A DNA stretch of 64,000 nt from Octopus sinensis (GCF_006345805.1 NC_043010.1:5642001-5706000); one strand, 5' to 3'; numbered from the stretch's first letter, positions 24,512-36,980 are shown. The notes: generated by a model from the sequence alone, not told the origin. Translations and numbers: made by a program.

Positions 24512-24545
<34 letters not shown>

Positions 24546-25346
24546 AAGATGTATGAAGAGACAAATATTCTTTGGACTAAAACAGCAGGGTTTATCAGTT
24601 GTTGAAATGGATAGCAGATGAGGAATGATGAAGTGGTAAAAGAATAAACTCAAAGAACAATATGAAACTGTTTGAAATAGGTTTAGTGCAATAAGTCAGC
24701 GTGTAATAAGTTTAGATATCTGATTAACAATTTTGAAGGTGCCTATAAGTCTAATAAAGATAAAGATAATAGTAATAGGTGTATATTTGACTAGAAATTA
24801 ATATATGAAGAATTATGTGTTCCTAACATATCTTGGATAAATTACTATTGACAACTAAATGACAGCTAATGGGTGCATTGCATTTATTTTCTTAAATGTT
24901 GTCATGCTGCCAATCACTGAATTTTAGGCTTAAACTTGTGCCACATTCCTAGGGGTAATGTATGTTATTTACTTCTACACATTCCAGCAACTGCAGTTAG
25001 GAAACTAATGGTAAAAAAAAAATATATATATATATATCTAGTTTTGCTTATTTATTTTTTCTGATTTCTTTTTCTTTTCTTATTTCTTTATTTTGTGCCT
25101 GGAATTTAAAATAACATTTGCAAATAAGAAATATCAAATGCCTTTGCCAACTGGTTGATGCTGATAACCTCAATTTAAAAAAAAAAAATAAAGTAAAATT
25201 TAAGTTTTTTATTTATTTTTTATTTCAGAAAAGGAAGTTGTTAATTACAACTCGTGATAATAATGCATGAGATAACTACAGTTAATTATAGTATATGAAC
25301 AAAATTTAAGTTAATAATAATCATCAATAATATTGATAGCAACAAT

Positions 25347-25385
<39 letters not shown>

Positions 25386-25404
25386 TTGGTACATGGCCAG
25401 CAAT

Positions 25405-25585
25405 TTCCAGGAAGTGGGTAAGTTGATTACCATCAACCTCAGCACTCAACTGGTACTTCTTTTATTGACCCAGGAAGGATGAAAGGCAAAGTCGACCACA
25501 ACAGGATTTGAACTCAGAACATAAAGACAGACAAAATGCCGCTAAGCATTTTGCCCAACATGCTAACGATTCTGCCAGCTCACCT
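25405..25585 (-). mobile_element. SINE C-like, older subfamily, within (AAT)n
   Basis: Core and head match. Confidence 0.8.
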
Positions 25586-25599
25586 AATAATAATAATAA

Positions 25600-25935
25600 T
25601 TATCTTTTCTTTATTGATCACAAGGGTCAAACACAAAATAAATAGGGACAATGTGACATGAGAGATAATTAGGGTTAAGCACAATATTCAGGTACAAAAT
25701 AAATAACAAAACAATTAACAACAAAATTTAACAATAAAAATTCCTCAAAAGTAAGGAGTTCCTCTCAGAGCCAATAAGGAACCTCGCACATCCTGGTCAC
25801 CCTGATTGCCAAGGGCACCTCAGGCATGACAGCCAGATGGTAGTAGATGACGGAAGCAATATAAGCATCCACCACCTGTGCCCGACCCTTCAGGGACAGC
25901 TCCCGTATCCACTATGTCTTTCGGTTAACTCCATG
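25600..25935 (-). mobile_element. Tx1/L1-like LINE fragment with a 3' end
   Basis: Minus strand reads WIRELSLKGRAQVVDAYIASVIYYHLAVMP (LS.KGR...N..I.S..YY pattern after the RT domain); AATAAA near 25612. Confidence 0.6.
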
Positions 25936-26438
25936 CTACTGGTAGTAGTGATGATACTGATGCTGACTACTTGTCTGATATTGCATTCACAGAATTCCTA
26001 GTCTTTTTGGGAAATGAGTGATGGAAGAGGAGGAAAGTCTTCATCTGAGGGAGGGCTGGTGAGAGGAACGGTTCTCCCCCTCAATGTTCCCATGAAGGCA
26101 GTTGATGATGCCATCTTGTATGTATGTTTGTTTTGGGGTTTTTTTTTTTTTGTAAATTAGACAGGTGTTTTAAGAAAGCAAGATATTGCCCCTTACCAGG
26201 TGAAAACAACCACAGAATCCCAACCAAGAAATTCCTGGTGTTCGTATCAACAAATTTGAACAAAAACTTAGCACACAAGTGGGTAAGAAATGGGTGAAAA
26301 CAACAATTATAACAGAAACTCACGCAGTGTGCAAACATGTCCTTGCCTCCGTTTGAGTTGAAGTCACCTGACCATACTTCTGATGAGGATGAAAGGAACA
26401 AGAAAAGCAAAAACAAAAATGAAGAGATTATAGATATA

Positions 26439-26836
26439 GGTGTAGGAGTGGCTGTGTGGTAAGTAGCTTGCTTACCAACCACATAATTCCGGGTTTAGTC
26501 CCACTGCGTGGCACCTTGGTCAAGTGTCTTCTACTATAGCCTCAGGCTGACCAAACCCTTGTGAGTGGATTTGGTAGACAGAAACTGGAAGAAGCCCATT
26601 GTAATTATGTATATATATTTGTGTGTATATGTTTGTGTGTTTGTCCCCACCAACATCACTTCACAACCGATGCTGGTGTGTTTACGTCCCTGTAACTTAG
26701 TGGTTGACAAAAGAGACCAATGGAATAAGTACTTGTCTTACAAAGAATAAGTCCCGGGGTCGATTTGCTCGACTAAAGGCAGTGCTCCAGCATGGCCACA
26801 GTCAAATGACTGAAACGAGTAAATGAGTAAAAGAGT
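26439..26836 (+). mobile_element. SINE group B
   Basis: Colinear with the other B copies. Confidence 0.88.
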
Positions 26837-27479
26837 AGATTAAAAATGGAACAAAGCACCACAAACTTCACTGAGAGTAACAAGAAGAAAGTACAGTCAA
26901 AACAACAACAACCATACAAGAGAAAAACCAGCAAGCACACCAACGCAACAACAACAACCAGAACAAAATGCCAACTAAATACATGACTTCACCCACAATA
27001 ACAGAAGTCAAAATAAAGAACTGCTATCTTGCATGACACAAAGGGAACACAGAGAGAGAGAGAAAGCAGGAGACTCTCAATAAAGTACAATGAAAGACTT
27101 GGAGGACCTGAAATTGGGAAGGCTGCCAATAGACAGATCTAGGGAAATTAGAGTGAGTTCCCCCACATGACATTGGGAACCTCAGCATCATGACCTTGAA
27201 CAGGTTGTGTCAGGGTTTCCCTCAGGAGCCCCATACAGAGAAGGGATTTTCATACACCTGACTACCTATACAGAAACATTAAGGTAAGTGTCCCTATTTT
27301 TTCTTACCTTCTTTCCTGCTAACATGACAACTTTAAAACAGGGTTGCATAAATGTGCAACAGCCTCAGAGTCACCTTGGAAGCAGGGGCACCTACACAAT
27401 AACCCCAGGTCACTAGCTATGGATATGACAGTAATCGGCAAGACCAGGATTTCTGATACATATGCTATGGAACAGCAAA

Positions 27480-27745
27480 TATAAAATATGTACTCGTTCA
27501 TAACTGTGTAGTCTGGTAGTTCCTCTGACAAATTCACAGGCATTATGAAACAGATGCCAAAGAAAAATGATATCAACATCACCCTAATGAAGCTGCATAG
27601 AAAGCTGGAGTAAATGACAACACAGTGCAATATGACAGTGTAAAACTCATACAAATTCATAACCAACTGTCCTGACATCGTCATAAAAGACAAAGTATCA
27701 AACATGTATAAGCAAGTGGAAAGAGTACAACGATTAAAGAGACAA
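27480..27745 (+). mobile_element. Old R4/Dong-like non-LTR fragment (restriction-like endonuclease region)
   Basis: Degenerate reading QIHRHYETDAKEK*YQHHP...PDIVIKDK parallels the 29000-29180 sequence. Confidence 0.5.
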
Positions 27746-28042
27746 AATAATAATAACGATAATAATAATAATAATAATGATAATAATAATAATAATAATA
27801 ATGATAATAATAATAATAATAATGATAACAATAATAATAATAATAATAATGATAATAATAATAATAATAATAATGATAATAATAATAATAATGATAATAA
27901 TGATAATAATAATAATAATAATGATAATAATAATAATAATAATAATAATAACGATAATAATACTAATAATAATGATAAGAGTAATAAAATAATAATGATA
28001 ATAATAATAATAATAATAATAACGATAATAAAGAATAATAAT
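27745..28042. repeat. (AAT)n microsatellite with GAT variants
   Basis: Directly visible. Confidence 0.95.
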
Positions 28043-28587
28043 GATGCAGTACCAGGCAGTGGCTCTCATGGCTTCTGATCTTAACTGATTGGAAGTGTTA
28101 TCATGTACATTGTTTGTCTTGGTATAAAAGATGGGCTACAGCAAATATTCTGCTCAATACCACAGATTTGCTTGTCAGTTGTTTGACCGTAACCAGTTGA
28201 GCATGTCCCTTAGTGGCTGACGATATGTGCATCTCTGATCACGAGCAGAAGTAGTGGGGGAGCATCATAGCCATGTTGAGAGGGATTCTTTGGGGTTTGA
28301 ATAATTCACCTCTGGAAACATGGGTGGTTCTTTCAACATCCTTAAAACAACCCTTATTCAGGGACCGTTTGAGCGGGATGGGCTACTCAACCTGAAGAAA
28401 AATCTAACTGGGCCCCACTGCAAGGTCATGTGCTGTTTATCTTGATATGAGATCACCATGTCGCGCACATATGGTGTGATGCATGTGCCTGGTGTACTTT
28501 ATCAGACGGGTAGTCATGATGGGTTATATTGGGCTTCGTATATTTTACCCCGTGTCACTTTGATGGCATGAACTGCTCTCTCACTCA
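28043..28587. mobile_element. Non-coding element of about 545 bp embedded in (AAT)n
   Basis: GC-richer block with sharp edges between AAT arrays; no ORF or TIR seen. Confidence 0.5.
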
Positions 28588-28611
28588 ATGATAATAATAA
28601 TAATGATAATA

Positions 28612-28649
<38 letters not shown>

Positions 28650-28724
28650 TATAATAATAATAATAATAATAATAATGATAATAATAATAATAATAATAAT
28701 TAATAATAATGATAGTAATAATAT

Positions 28725-29735
28725 ATAAACCCAAAGAGAGCGAATAATGCAGATATCGACAAAGCCCTGACCCATCAATGGCTAATGGCCTCTGGCTTAA
28801 AATCTGAAACAGAGGGGTTTATCATAGCAGCTCAAGATCAATGCCTACCAACAAGAAACTACCAGGCCAACATATTAAAGAACGGCAGTAGCCCAACATG
28901 TCGTGTATGCCGACAACAAAATGAAACCATTGACCATGTTGTCTCCAAATGCAGTCTTCTAGGCGCTACAGAGTACCTCAGTAGGCATGATAGAGCTGCA
29001 CAATATATTCACTGGGTAATTTGCAAAAACCTGGATTTGCCCCATGAAAAAAACTGGTGGGAACACAATCCACCTCCTGTGCTTGAAAATGACCACCATC
29101 ATCACTCCTCTGGAACTTCACCATTCAAACTGACAGGAAGATAGATGCAATAGGCCAGACATTATATTGAAAGACTTCAGACAAAGAACATGCCTCCTCA
29201 TTGATATGACTGTCCCAATCGATATAAACGTATCTGTCAAGACCTACCAAAAACTGAGCAAGTATAAAGATCTTGAAATAGAAATCAGCAAAATGTGGAA
29301 GCTGAAGACTAAAACAATACCTGTTGTCATAGGTGTCCTGGGAATGATAGCAAAAGGGACTGATTGCTACCTAACTCAGATACCAGGAAACCCCAAAATG
29401 GCAGAAATTCAAAAGATAGTGCTCATGGGAACTGCTCATATCCTACGCAAAATACTCTCTATGTAATCCCAAGGTTTAAAACAAACATTTTTGTTTATTT
29501 ATTTTAATTTTTAAAAAAAAATTTTTATTATTTTTTATTTATTTATTTTTTTTTTTTCAAATTTATTTATTTATTTTTTATTTTTATGTATTAGACATTC
29601 ACTAGTACAACACCAAAAAAAACCAAAAAAAACCCCCAAATATATGGCACAGAACTTCCAACCTGTTGTCTCTTGAGGTCTCTGGGTGAGACTTAGAGCC
29701 AACTTGTACAGACATAAAGCAAAAGTCAAACATAG
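28725..29735 (+). mobile_element. 5'-truncated R4/Dong-like non-LTR retrotransposon in (AAT)n
   Basis: CRVC...IDHVVSKC CCHC knuckle, RHD motif, RPDIILKD...LLIDM REL nuclease, KLSKYKDL, stop 29464-29466, 3' UTR ending in (TAA)n; two small frameshifts at 29100-29155. Confidence 0.85.
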
Positions 29736-29757
29736 AATAATAATAATAATGATGATG

Positions 29758-29843
<86 letters not shown>
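29736..29843. repeat. (AAT)n switching to (ATT)n
   Basis: Strand switch at about 29800. Confidence 0.95.
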
Positions 29844-29844
<1 letters not shown>

Positions 29845-31233
29845 GAGATTTAGAGATAGACGCCACAGAGATGTGTCATGTACTTCAACAGTAGATTACT
29901 TTTATTACAGATATTATATTTTATAGTACCTTTTATGATACTAAAAAAAATGGTAAATTGGTGGACTACAAAATATTCCTCCTATAAAGATGTTACTCGA
30001 GTCACAGAACTCTAAAATAACTTTCCCAAAGAACAGTTAAATTTCTTCCCCGTCAGAGAAAAACAACTATGCTAAATTTTAGAATAGCATAAATTAGCAT
30101 ATGAAGATATTGTCTAATATACTTATGTATATAGACACATATAATTATGAAAACCTTTTGTCACACTATTATTCTTTAAACTGTTTATATTGCCTCTTGT
30201 TTTATTGGATCATGCAGTTTTTGTTTTTTGGTTAGAATTTTGGTCTAATCTAATAAGAATTCATTCATTGAGCATCTTGGACACAGTATGACAAAGTACT
30301 TTCTTACTTTTCCTTCTAATATTTATACTTTAGTCCTATACTTAGTAGTAGTCGTCAACAGAAAGCATCATTCTCCATTGAATGGTATCATCTGAAGTGT
30401 TAGACTTTTCCTCTTCCATGTGGCAAACTAAACTTTATTTTCACTAACTGTGAATGCAAACAGCTTCTAGTTTCTTTGTATTCTACTGTTTATCTGTAAG
30501 CTATGATAACATAAGCAGTACTTCAGACTAATTATAACAAACTAGTATATAAAAAAGTAATCTTGCACCAAAACAAAACAAAAGACTATCTTATGGAACA
30601 GTTATACGTAAATACTATCAGCTTGGTACTTTGGTTTTTAAAAACATTTATCATTCTCGTTACCATAATCTTTTTACTGATATATCACAATAATTATCAT
30701 TTCGTTAAAAATGGAAAGCTAGTACTCATACCTCTTTTGAGAATCTTTGAGACTGGTGAGAGAATGGACAGCATGGAGACCTAGCCTAAATACTTGCAAC
30801 AGAGTAAACTTTGCAACAAACACACAAGAATTAGGTGGTGGTGTTAAACTGGGTGATAGATTAAATCTATATTGGCATCTGAAGTCAAATTAAGTTGACC
30901 TTTCCCAACTTGGGTCAAAAGCAGTGTGTTGCCACTCTATAGAGTATTACTTGGACTACACTGATGTTTGTCTTAATGAAAATTATTTTCCATTCTATAA
31001 AATAACATTTCTCTGTTTGTTAATTTAGTCAAGTAATTTTTATTCTTTCTCAAACAAAATGTTGAACTTATTTATTAGCATAGTAAAGTGTTGCTTAAAA
31101 ATGTCATGTAGTTAGCAAAATAATGATCAAATTTAATTAATACATTGTTTCAACACATCCTGTTTTAGCACGTATTTTACTGTATATCTAATTAGGTAAC
31201 AATTTATTTACCCATTAGCTATACATTATATAA

Positions 31234-31494
31234 GTGGAGGTGCGTGGTTTAGTGGTTAGGGTGTCAGCATCATGATCATAAGACTGTGGTTTCGATTCCT
31301 AGACCAGGCGATGCGTTGTGCTCTTGAGCAAAACACTTCATTTCATGTTGCTCCAGCCCCCTCAGCTGGCAAAAATGAGTAACACTGCGATGGACTGGCA
31401 TCCTGTCCCACTGGGGAACACATACGCCATAGAAATGGGGAAACTGGGCTCATGAGCCTGGCTAGGCTTTAAAATGGCGTATTTATTTATTTTT
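31234..31494 (+). mobile_element. SINE group A variant A3, with TSD
   Basis: TATACATTATATA flanks; same organisation as the 22253 copy. Confidence 0.88.
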
Positions 31495-31724
31495 TATACA
31501 TTATATACTGTGTAATAATGTAACGGTTGATTTGTTGAGCTGGTTGACAAATCTCACTTCAAATGTCTTTTTCGTATTTAGCAGAAAAAGCCTGCAAGTT
31601 GATAGCGATTTAACAGAGATAATTGCTTAGATTGTTGTGAACTTAAAACATAAAATCTAGTTTTCAATAATGCAGTACTTGTTATAATAATTTTTCCTAA
31701 TTATGGCACAAAACCAGCAATTTG

Positions 31725-31906
31725 AAGGGAGGAGTCAAGTTTATTACGCAACCCCAGTATGTGACTGGTACTTACTTTATTAACCCCGAAAAAAAAAAGA
31801 GACAAAGTCAGCCTCTGTGGGATTTGAACTTAGAACATAAAGAGCTAGAAGAGATGCCACAAAGTATTTTGTTGTGTGTACTAATGATTCTGCCAGCTCA
31901 CTGCCT
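31725..31906 (-). mobile_element. SINE C-like, older subfamily
   Basis: Degenerate core and head. Confidence 0.7.
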
Positions 31907-32011
31907 TTTATGATATAACATTGTTGGTGACAATAAATGATAACATAACGAGTAATTTTAATTAATAGTAATACTTAGCAATGTACACACACACACACAC
32001 ATGCACACACA

Positions 32012-32056
<45 letters not shown>

Positions 32057-32692
32057 GCAGAGCTAAATCTTCACTTCATCAAGTTCATTCAGCGGATGGT
32101 TCACTTCAAAACCTTTAGCTTACCATTTCTGACATTCACACTGATTGAAATTAAATTCAAATATCAGGCTTTGAGTCACCTCCGGATTTCCATTCAATTG
32201 ATATTGATTAGTTAGTCTGATATGTTTCTTATAAAGTTTTCTTAAATTTTACTAGAAAATGCAATGATATCTTTAAAAATAGTTTTGATTAATCAAAGCC
32301 CATTAAACAAGAGGGATTAAGTAAATGAAGAAGTGATACTGGAATTTATAAGCCATGTCACTCATTTGTACTAAGCAATTTAACACAGTAACTGGATTTT
32401 TAGAGCAACACTAGAAACTGTCTTCAAACATGTTTTCATAGTGTCAAATATCATGCTTGGTGCCTGCTTTGCCTCTACAAGCCTTTATAAGTGAAAACAC
32501 TAAGTTTAATATCTTCAGAATAGATATGCTTTTTAACTCGTCTATAACTTACAGCCATCTTCTGCTATCCATCCCTGTCATTGACAGATTCTTGTTCCAT
32601 CCGTTTTACATTTCTTAAATGTTGGTAATTCTTATTCAAAATTTCATTTCTTGATGATCTGTTGATTAACCAGCATGTCACTGCTTGCTTGT

Positions 32693-33080
32693 GTGGAGGC
32701 GCAATGGCTCAGTGGTTAGGGCAGCGGACTCGCAGTCATAGGATTGCGGTTTCGATTCCCAGACCGGGCGTTGTGAGTGTTTATTGAGCGAAAACACCTA
32801 AAAGCTCCACGAAGCTCCGGCAGGGGGTGGTGGTGATCCCTGCTGTACTCTTTCACCACAACTTTCTCTCACTCTAACTTCCTGTTTCTGTTGTACCTGT
32901 ATTTCAAAGGGCCGGCCTTGTCACTCTCTGTGTCACGCTGAATATCCCCGAGAACTACGTTAAGGATACACGTGTCTGTGGAGTGCTCAGCCACTTGCAT
33001 GTTAATTTCACGAGCAGGCTGTTCCGTTGATTCGGATCAACCGGAACCCTCGTCGTCGTAACCGACGGAGTGCTTCCATC
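32693..33080 (+). mobile_element. SINE group A, tail A2, with 14-bp TSD
   Basis: CACTGCTTGCTTGT at 32679-32692 and 33081-33094; close to the 16831 copy. Confidence 0.92.
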
Positions 33081-33274
33081 CACTGCTTGCTTGTATATTT
33101 GGTAAGCCTAATGAATTGGAAATTACATAATGTATCACATAATATTATGGATGCTGTCACACTTGACTGCACAATGTTTACATCACAATAAAGACTCTTA
33201 ATGAAACAATTGTAGAAGCAACAGTAAACCATTCCTCTATTTTTATTATATGTATGTGTGTGTGTATATATATA

Positions 33275-33665
33275 GGCACAGGAGTGGCTGTGCGGTAAGT
33301 AGATTGCTTACCAATCACTTGGTCCCAGGTTCAGTCCCACTGCATAGCATCTTGGGCAAGTATCTTCTACTATTGCCTCAGGCCAACCAAAAGCCTTGTG
33401 AGTGGATTTGGTAGACAGAAACTGTAAGAAGCCTGTCGTATATATATATGAATGTTTGTGTGTCTGTGTTTGTCCCCACCATCATCACTTGACAACCGAT
33501 GTTGGTGTGTTTATGTCCTTGTAACTTAGTGGTTTGGCAAAAGAGCCCGATAGAGTAAGTACTAGGCTTACTAAGAATAAGTCCTGGAGTTGATTTGTTC
33601 GACTAGAGGTGGTACTCCAGCATGACCACAGTCAAATGACTGAAACAAATAAGAGAATAAAGATA
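33275..33665 (+). mobile_element. SINE group B
   Basis: Colinear with the other B copies. Confidence 0.88.
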
Positions 33666-33670
33666 TATAT

Positions 33671-33910
33671 ATATTCTGTTGTGTCTGGGGAGAGTCATTT
33701 TCTTTTTGTGCCTTATTATTTAACACACAAACCAGTAAAACTTCCACTTATTTCTTATTTTTATTTTCCTAAAATTTTCGTCACATCTTGCAAGACACAG
33801 CAAAAATTTTAGGAAAATAAAAATAAGAAATAAGTGGAAGTTTTACTGGTTTGTGTGTTAAATTATAAGGCACAAAAAGAAAATGACTCTCCCCAGACAC
33901 AACAAAATAT
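33671..33910. repeat. Near-perfect palindrome, 108-bp arms, 24-nt spacer
   Basis: 33671-33778 is the reverse complement of 33803-33910 with few mismatches. Confidence 0.92.
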
Positions 33911-33979
33911 GCTTCAACTCACGAACTCACATAAAGAATCTTGCAAACCAAATCCAAAAACGAAATATATATATATGTG

Positions 33980-34338
33980 CATGCAAAATTTAAAGAACTG
34001 ACCACTAAAAGTGGACAGTCTATATGCTAGATATAGACGTCAAAATCGCTATTTTCCACGAAGAATGTGTTCTCAAGAAAAAACTCAGCAAAAAGCTAAA
34101 GCATAAAAATAAGCAAGACAAATGAAAATATACGAAATAAAAAATGATTACTAATTAGTACATAGGTAATCGTTTTTTATTTCATATATTTTCATTTGTC
34201 TTGGCTTATTTTTACGCTTTGGCTTTTTGCTGAGTTTTTTCTTGAGAACACATTCTTCGTGGAAAATAGCGATTTTGACGTCTATATCTAGCAAATAGAC
34301 TGTCCACTTTTAGTGGTCAGTCCTTTAAATTTTGTATG
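33980..34338. repeat. Near-perfect palindrome, arms of about 172 bp, 14-nt spacer; related to the 17892 element
   Basis: 33980-34151 versus 34166-34338; TTTTCATTTGTC, TCTTGAGAACA, TCTATATCTAG and GCTAGGCCACT (about 34378) are shared with 17940-18110. Confidence 0.9.
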
Positions 34339-34539
34339 GAAAAAAATATTTTTAATCTTCGGATTTTTTTTAAATATGCTAGGCCACTGGTTTTAATTGA
34401 TTAATATCAATTTCTACCCTTATTTAATTTTATATATGTGCATATATATATAAATGAAGCTGACCAATGAATGGGAATGTGAAACTGAGTAACAGGTTTT
34501 GTGATATTTTCGCTGCTTTTTAATAAAGTATATATATAT

Positions 34540-34995
34540 AGATATATATGCATGTGTGTATGTATATGTATGTATGCATGCATGTGTGTATGTGTATATA
34601 TATATATGTATGTATGTACGTATGCCTGTGTGTATGTATATGTATGTATGCATGTGTGTATGTATATATATATATGTATGTATGCAGGTGTATATGTATA
34701 TATATATATATGTATGTATGTATTATGTATGTGTGTATGTATATATATATGAATGTATGCATGTGCGTATGTATATGTATGTATGCATGTGTGTGTGTAT
34801 ATATATATGTATATATGTGTATATGTATATATATTAATGTGTATATGTATATATATATATGCATGTGTGTATGTATAAATATGTATGCATGCATGTGTGT
34901 ATGTATATATATATATATGTACGTATGTACGTATGCCTGTGTGTATGTATATGTATGTATGCAGGTGCATATGTATATATATATATATATTTATT

Positions 34996-35026
<31 letters not shown>

Positions 35027-35143
35027 GTATGCATGTGTGTATGTATGTATGTATGTATGTATGTACGTATGTGAGTATGTATATATATATGAATGTATGC
35101 ATGTGTGTATGTATATATATGTATATGTATATATAATTATTTA

Positions 35144-35179
<36 letters not shown>

Positions 35180-35240
35180 CATATATATATCAAGTACATG
35201 TGAAGGGGGGGTGCACGCATGTGTGTGCATGTGTGTGTTT
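34540..35240. repeat. Compound (TA)/(TG)/(TATG)n array
   Basis: Directly visible. Confidence 0.95.
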
Positions 35241-36024
35241 AGATCTTAGCATCAATATTGGCAAATGCTGTCAAAGGTATTGTTAATGACAAAGGAGAGC
35301 AAGCAATGACAAATATCTTTGTTGCTTAAAGAACACCACAATGCATCACAACCAAATACCATCTTCACTATTATGTAAAATATAACATCACTGTTCATGC
35401 CGCAGTAGACCTAATACGTATGCCAATAAATACCTCTGTTACAGTAAATGTAAGAAAAACAATTATTTAAAATTTTGTCTGTGTTTGTTTGAAAAGTGCT
35501 TATTTTTTCAGTGGCTTTACTCAGCATTCTCCTTCAAACTGAAACCAAGACAAACATAATCAGATTATTTCTAAATTGTCATGGCTCACATGCATTTTTT
35601 GTTTTTGTTGTTTTTTGTTTTTGTTTTTGTTTTTTGTTTGTTTTTTTTTTCTCTTTTGCAAACTTTGATTTGAAATCTCTCCGTTATATCATTAATCTTC
35701 AATGGCAAAAATATCGCAAGATAAAACGATAGGATTAGCAAATCAGATTTGGAAACTTGTTGTGTATGTGTGTGTGTGTGTGTGTGTGTATGCATATGTG
35801 TTCCTCTGTATGTTTGTGTGTGCGTGCGTGTTTGTGTGCGTGTGTGTGTGGGGGTGGGGTGAGGTGTATGTGTGTGTTTATCTATTTTGGTTATTTGTTG
35901 TTTGTGTATTACATTTAATTTTTATTTATGTAATTAGGTCTTTGGGCAGTTTTAAACAGTCTTATAATGAAGTTTTGGAATTAAAATTAAGATTCGTAAT
36001 GGTGATGGTGGCGGCATCTATGCA

Positions 36025-36088
36025 CTTCATCATCATCATCATCGTCATCATCATCATTATCATCATCATCATCATCATCATTGTCAAT

Positions 36089-36120
<32 letters not shown>

Positions 36121-36199
36121 TGTCAACATCATCATCATCATCATTGTCAATATCATCATCATCATCATCATCATCATTGTCAATATCATCATCATCATC

Positions 36200-36246
<47 letters not shown>

Positions 36247-36288
36247 TGTCAATATCATCATCATCATCATCATCATCATCATTGTCAA

Positions 36289-36331
<43 letters not shown>
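36025..36331. repeat. (CAT)n array punctuated by TGTCAA
   Basis: ATTGTCAA recurs six times within the CAT run. Confidence 0.95.
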
Positions 36332-36335
<4 letters not shown>

Positions 36336-36644
36336 AAATTAAATATATTAAGGAAATAAATAATAAATAAATGAAATCTCAGTTCTTTTGGTTAAAACAT
36401 TTCAAGACTGAATTGATAATAATATTTTTACACGTATTTTAATTAACTTTGAAGCTAAATATATTTCTTGAATCACCAAAACAACTATACCAACAAAGTG
36501 GGTGAACCATTTACTTCAGTAGCAACATTGAACGAAACAAAATGGTAAAATCTGCTTACATTCCATACTTCAACAGTAAAAGAATTAGAAAATGGTAAAA
36601 TGTAAAATATTGGTGTAGCTTTAAAACTGAATATTATTTAGTGA

Positions 36645-36980
36645 ATGTGAAGGCACATGGCTCAGTGGTTTGAGTGTTGTGCTTACAATCATGAGGGTGT
36701 GAGTTCGGTTCCTGAACTGTACAGTGTTGTGTTCTTGAGCAAGGCACTTTATTTCAGATTGCTCCAGTTCACTCAGCTGTAGAAATGGGTTGTGATATCA
36801 CTGGTACCAAGCTGTATCAGCCTTTACCTTTCCCTTGGCCAAAATCGCTTGCATGGAGAAGCAAGGCTGGTATGCATGGGCGACTGATGGTCTTCCACAA
36901 ACAACCTTGCCTGGACCTTGTGCCTCAGAGGGGAAATCCTATAGTCATATATGACCAAAGGGGGTTTTTACCCTTTATTT
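36645..36980 (+). mobile_element. SINE group A-like, old, with another tail
   Basis: TGGCTCAGTGG A box, GAGTTCGGTTCC B box, GTGTTCTTGAGCAAGGCACTT...CAGCTGTAGAAATGGGT body. Confidence 0.7.

Noticed and set aside
26000-27300. Possible LINE ORF1 or N-terminal remnants around the SINE at 26439
   Set aside because: Purine-rich and ORF-like but broken by stops, with no motif I can assign.
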